Shown piece after piece: positions 61,229 through 64,000 of a stretch of DNA of 64,000 bases; position 1 is the stretch's first letter, and each line of letters begins with the position of its first letter. The translations under genes and the position numbers were made by a program. Location of the stretch: assembly GCA_905182865.1 (NCBI GenBank), contig CAJJCY010000002.1, positions 131,040 through 195,039 of the forward strand. Direction: 5' to 3'. Origin of the DNA: an uncultured SAR324 cluster bacterium. Lineage in GTDB: Bacteria; SAR324; NAC60-12. The notes beneath the pieces are model-generated. The model searched no databases and had not been told where the DNA came from. It saw only the letters and a list, made by a program, of their open reading frames with translations.

Positions 61229-61267
61229 TCAAGGAAAAAGTAGGGTTGATAATTTTATTCAAAAGTT

Positions 61268-61954
61268 TTAATTTTTTACAGGAATATCCATTGCACAGCG
61301 GAAACCAATTTGAAAAGAACGTGTCCATTCTACAAAAGCATAACGTTTTGCGGACCGTAAACCCTCTGGAGTGCCGGCTCCGTGAAGTCCTCCCCATGCA
61401 CCGCCTCTTACTACGCGAAGCGGATATTCTTCATTTTCCGGAACATTCAGATCATTGGAATTATCGGATTGACGAACGGAGGCAAAATAATTAGGTTTGT
61501 AATAATTTTGAACCCATTCCATAACGTTGCCATACAAGTCGTGCAGTCCCCAGTTGTTTGCCTTTTTGCTGCTCACAGTTTTTGCTCCCCAAAGACCTTT
61601 ATCTACTGTGTTTGTTTTCAGCCAGGCGTAGGTTTCTAGTAATGAAATATTGTCCCCAAAACTATACTTCCCCTCACTTCCTGCACGAGCCGCATATTCC
61701 CACTCTGATTCTGTAGGCAATCTAAATTCTGGCAATACCGGCTGTTTAATTTTTCTTAAGAAAGCATTCATCATTTGTGTTCTCCATTTAGTAAATGCAG
61801 TAGCTTGTTTCCAGTTAATTCCAACTTGCTGTAATCTGCATTTGTCACCTCATGCTGGTCAAGATAAAAACTTTTCACGAAAACCAAATGATCCGGATTC
61901 ATTTCTCAAAGATCACTGCATCTAATTTCGATCCGTCAGTTCAATAAAGACCAT
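61268..61954 (-). pseudogene. formylglycine-generating-enzyme (FGE-sulfatase/SUMF1) domain protein, N-terminal part shredded by at least 3 frame changes
   Basis: ORF 61268-61774 holds the conserved C-terminal part (RLPTESEWEYAARAGS..NNWGLHDLYGNVMEW..VVRGGAWG). Hand translation upstream recovers EMVFIE.., KLDAVIFEK, MNPDHLVFVKSFYLDQHEVTNADYSK and VGINWKQATAFTKW in four alternating frames. Confidence 0.65.
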
Positions 61955-61984
61955 TTCATCAGGAAGATTCGTTCTTTAACCGTT

Positions 61985-62803
61985 TCAATCATCTATAAAG
62001 ATACGATGATTATCCTCATATGAATTTCCTTTTCTGCAAGGCAGATCTTGAGTAATTTGAGGAAATAAAAGACTAGGAAGCTGAGTGTCATTTTGAGTAG
62101 GAATAAGTGAACTGTTTTGCTCGAATTTTTGCGCAATCTTTTCTTCAAACCCATTTTCCAACTGTGCATTTTTTTCAAGATCATTTTCTATTGTACTCTC
62201 CATTCCAACTACTGTTTGCCAAAGCAGGTCTCCACTCTTCAAATCATAAAGTTCCAAACTGACTGAGAGCAAACCGTCTTTTGTCTGGTGAGTTCCCGTA
62301 AGCAACCAGTCAGCGTTCGTAAGTTTTGCTATATCTTCTGTAAGTGGATCATGCTTTATTTCAGGGAAAGTACTCCTCCATTCTAAACGCAGGTAAACTA
62401 TTTCAAAATAAGGAACTACTTGATCAGTCAGTTTTTTATAAAGAGAATCTGCAAGTTTTTCTTCAAGCAAATCGGTCTGCGTGTCCCTCTCCTGAGTCTC
62501 ATGATTAAAGATATCAATCACAGTAATTACCACTCTCTTTTTACTTCCAAGAACTCGTGCTGCAATATTATCCATAGTTATTTCCAGCTTGGAATCAAAA
62601 TTAGCAACTAATTGATCCTGGGTTTGAACTGCATTAACGACTTCAGGAAAGGCTATAAAAAGAAAGATAATAGAATGAAAAACAACAGAAAAAGTGGATT
62701 GAGATATTATTTTTACCAGCCACAATTCTTTTTTGCATTTTTCATTTATATTTTGAATAATCTGCAAAATTACTATTTTTATTTGCCTTTTATTATGTGT
62801 CAT
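61985..62803 (-). CDS. hypothetical signal-anchored protein (about 272 aa)
   Basis: I prefer the start at ATG 62803, which overlaps the gltX TGA (ATGA). A hydrophobic anchor (FSVVFHSIIFLFIAF) is followed by a soluble domain with no recognisable motif. It lies immediately upstream of the FGE-domain gene. Confidence 0.45.
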   Translation of the reverse strand: MTHNKRQIKIVILQIIQNINEKCKKELWLVKIISQSTFSVVFHSIIFLFIAFPEVVNAVQTQDQLVANFDSKLEITMDNIAARVLGSKKRVVITVIDIFNHETQERDTQTDLLEEKLADSLYKKLTDQVVPYFEIVYLRLEWRSTFPEIKHDPLTEDIAKLTNADWLLTGTHQTKDGLLSVSLELYDLKSGDLLWQTVVGMESTIENDLEKNAQLENGFEEKIAQKFEQNSSLIPTQNDTQLPSLLFPQITQDLPCRKGNSYEDNHRIFIDD

Positions 62804-64000
62804 AATTCCTGAGCTTGCCTTGCCAGGTGCAAACATTTTTCCTTCCCAAAAAAATCTACCATGAGCTTTAAATCCGGACCTTGAGCTTCGAGAGTAATTG
62901 CGTAACGCAAAGGTAGCCACAGGTCTTTGCCCTTGATCATTGTCTCTTGTTGAATATTTTCCACAACACTAGCAAAGTTTTCTTCGGTCAATTTATCAAT
63001 TGATTCCAACTGCTTGATAAAAATAGAAAGCACATTTTTTGAGGTATCCTTCCGCAGGAGGTTTTTTACTTCCGGATCAGTTGCTACCGGATTATTGTCA
63101 AAAAATAATGAGAGACGATCACCAATTTCTGACAGCGTCACCAAGCGGGGCTGCAGAATTTTTATTGCTTTCCTGAGCAGGATTTCATCCTCGCCGGCAT
63201 AAGTCGTTTCTGCTAAGAATGGAAGCAGTCGCTGGTGGAAATCTTCCAGATTTAAATTTTGGATATATTGCTGATTCATCCAGTTAAGTTTTTCCCGATC
63301 AAAAACTGCTCCGGATTTGTTAACACGTCCAAAACTGAATTCTTCCAGCAGTTCAGAAAGTGAGAACAACTCCTGATCCTGTGCAGGTGACCAGCCTAGC
63401 AAAGAAACAAAATTGACCAGTGCTTCCGGAAGATACCCTTGAGTACGGAAGTCTTCCACAGCAACATCACCTTGACGTTTACTGAGTTTGGATTTGTCAG
63501 GATTAAGAATTAAAGGCAAGTGTGCAAACCGGGGAGGATCCCAGCCCAGAAAACGATACAGAAGCAAATGTTTTGGAAATGAAGAAAGCCATTCTTCACC
63601 TCGTACAACATGCGTTATATTCATCAAGTGGTCGTCAACTACCACAGCCAGGTGATATGTTGGGAAGCCGTCGCTTTTGACTAAAACCTGGTCTTCAGTT
63701 TGACTGGTTTCAATTGATACACTACCCCTGATTAAATCATCAAGCACAAGTGTTTCCGGAATTTCAGGTACTTTCATCCTTACAACATGCTGATCACCCT
63801 CACCCAGCCGTCTACTTACTTCCGCCTTTGACAGGCGCCTACAAAATCCATCATAACGGGTAGTCTCTCCCTTCGCACGTTGTCCTGCTTTAAGTTTTTC
63901 CAATCGTTCCGCAGAGCAAAAACAATGATATGCATTTTCGTCATCAAGTAATTTCTGGACATGGCGACTGTATATTTCAATGCGCTCTGATTGACGATAA
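62800..64000 (-). CDS. gltX: glutamate--tRNA ligase (partial; N-terminus beyond window edge)
   Basis: ..DGFPTYHLAVVVDDHLMNITHVVRGEEWLSSFPKHLLLY..PLILNPDKSKLSKRQGDV (KMSKS-type loop). The frame stays open upstream of the track start to position 64000 (YRQSERIEIYSRHVQKLLDDENAYHCFCSAERLEKL). Confidence 0.9.
   Translation of the reverse strand, partial: YRQSERIEIYSRHVQKLLDDENAYHCFCSAERLEKLKAGQRAKGETTRYDGFCRRLSKAEVSRRLGEGDQHVVRMKVPEIPETLVLDDLIRGSVSIETSQTEDQVLVKSDGFPTYHLAVVVDDHLMNITHVVRGEEWLSSFPKHLLLYRFLGWDPPRFAHLPLILNPDKSKLSKRQGDVAVEDFRTQGYLPEALVNFVSLLGWSPAQDQELFSLSELLEEFSFGRVNKSGAVFDREKLNWMNQQYIQNLNLEDFHQRLLPFLAETTYAGEDEILLRKAIKILQPRLVTLSEIGDRLSLFFDNNPVATDPEVKNLLRKDTSKNVLSIFIKQLESIDKLTEENFASVVENIQQETMIKGKDLWLPLRYAITLEAQGPDLKLMVDFFGKEKCLHLARQAQEL

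Noticed and set aside
1-64000. Alternative genetic code (TGA as a sense codon) as an explanation for interrupted genes
   Set aside because: TGA terminates well-conserved intact genes at their expected ends (the dppF-like gene at 2754-2756, queA, tdm). Most interruptions are frame shifts rather than stops.

Overview
Bacterial 64-kb window, densely coding on both strands. Hand counts of sampled 60-nt lines give about 35-45% GC for most of it. A richer block of about 50-57% GC lies at roughly 20.3-33.8 kb, and the MFS gene at 16.4-17.6 kb is also about 55%.

The centre (12.4-45.6 kb) is a methylated-amine utilisation island. It holds trimethylamine monooxygenase (tmm), an OpuA/ProVWX-type ABC importer, an Amt transporter and TMAO demethylase (tdm). 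It also holds three glutamine-synthetase-like (GmaS-type) paralogs and two divergent split-glutamate-synthase-like mgsABC sets. Alongside these are two Rieske oxygenase alpha subunits, a 2-hydroxyacid dehydrogenase, gloA, a cupin, a MetX-like hydrolase and a DAO-type FAD oxidoreductase. The known DMA monooxygenase (dmmDABC) and N-methylglutamate dehydrogenase (mgdABCD) are not in the window. The most interesting candidate for undescribed biochemistry is the intact cluster Rieske <-> GS-like - Rieske - dehydrogenase at 25.6-30.9 kb.

The flanks are housekeeping or envelope genes: dppDF-like ATPases, queA, glgX, an IMPase, a histidine kinase, rarD, a GldAFG-like ABC system, a FAAL-ACP, rluD, an aminotransferase and gltX.

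I recognised no rRNA, tRNA, CRISPR array, transposase or integrase.

Two window-wide features stand out:
- About 19 of roughly 58 genes carry reading-frame disruptions: at least 30 indels plus two clean in-frame stops. They come in bursts, so either the consensus is error-prone or there is very recent decay.
- A family of short palindromic intergenic repeats (GTCATTYCGA...AGAAATCT hairpins with a ...GGATT.C.GACTTTTTGA tail) recurs at six sites.

All calls rest on reading the supplied translations and sequence by eye. No database search was possible.
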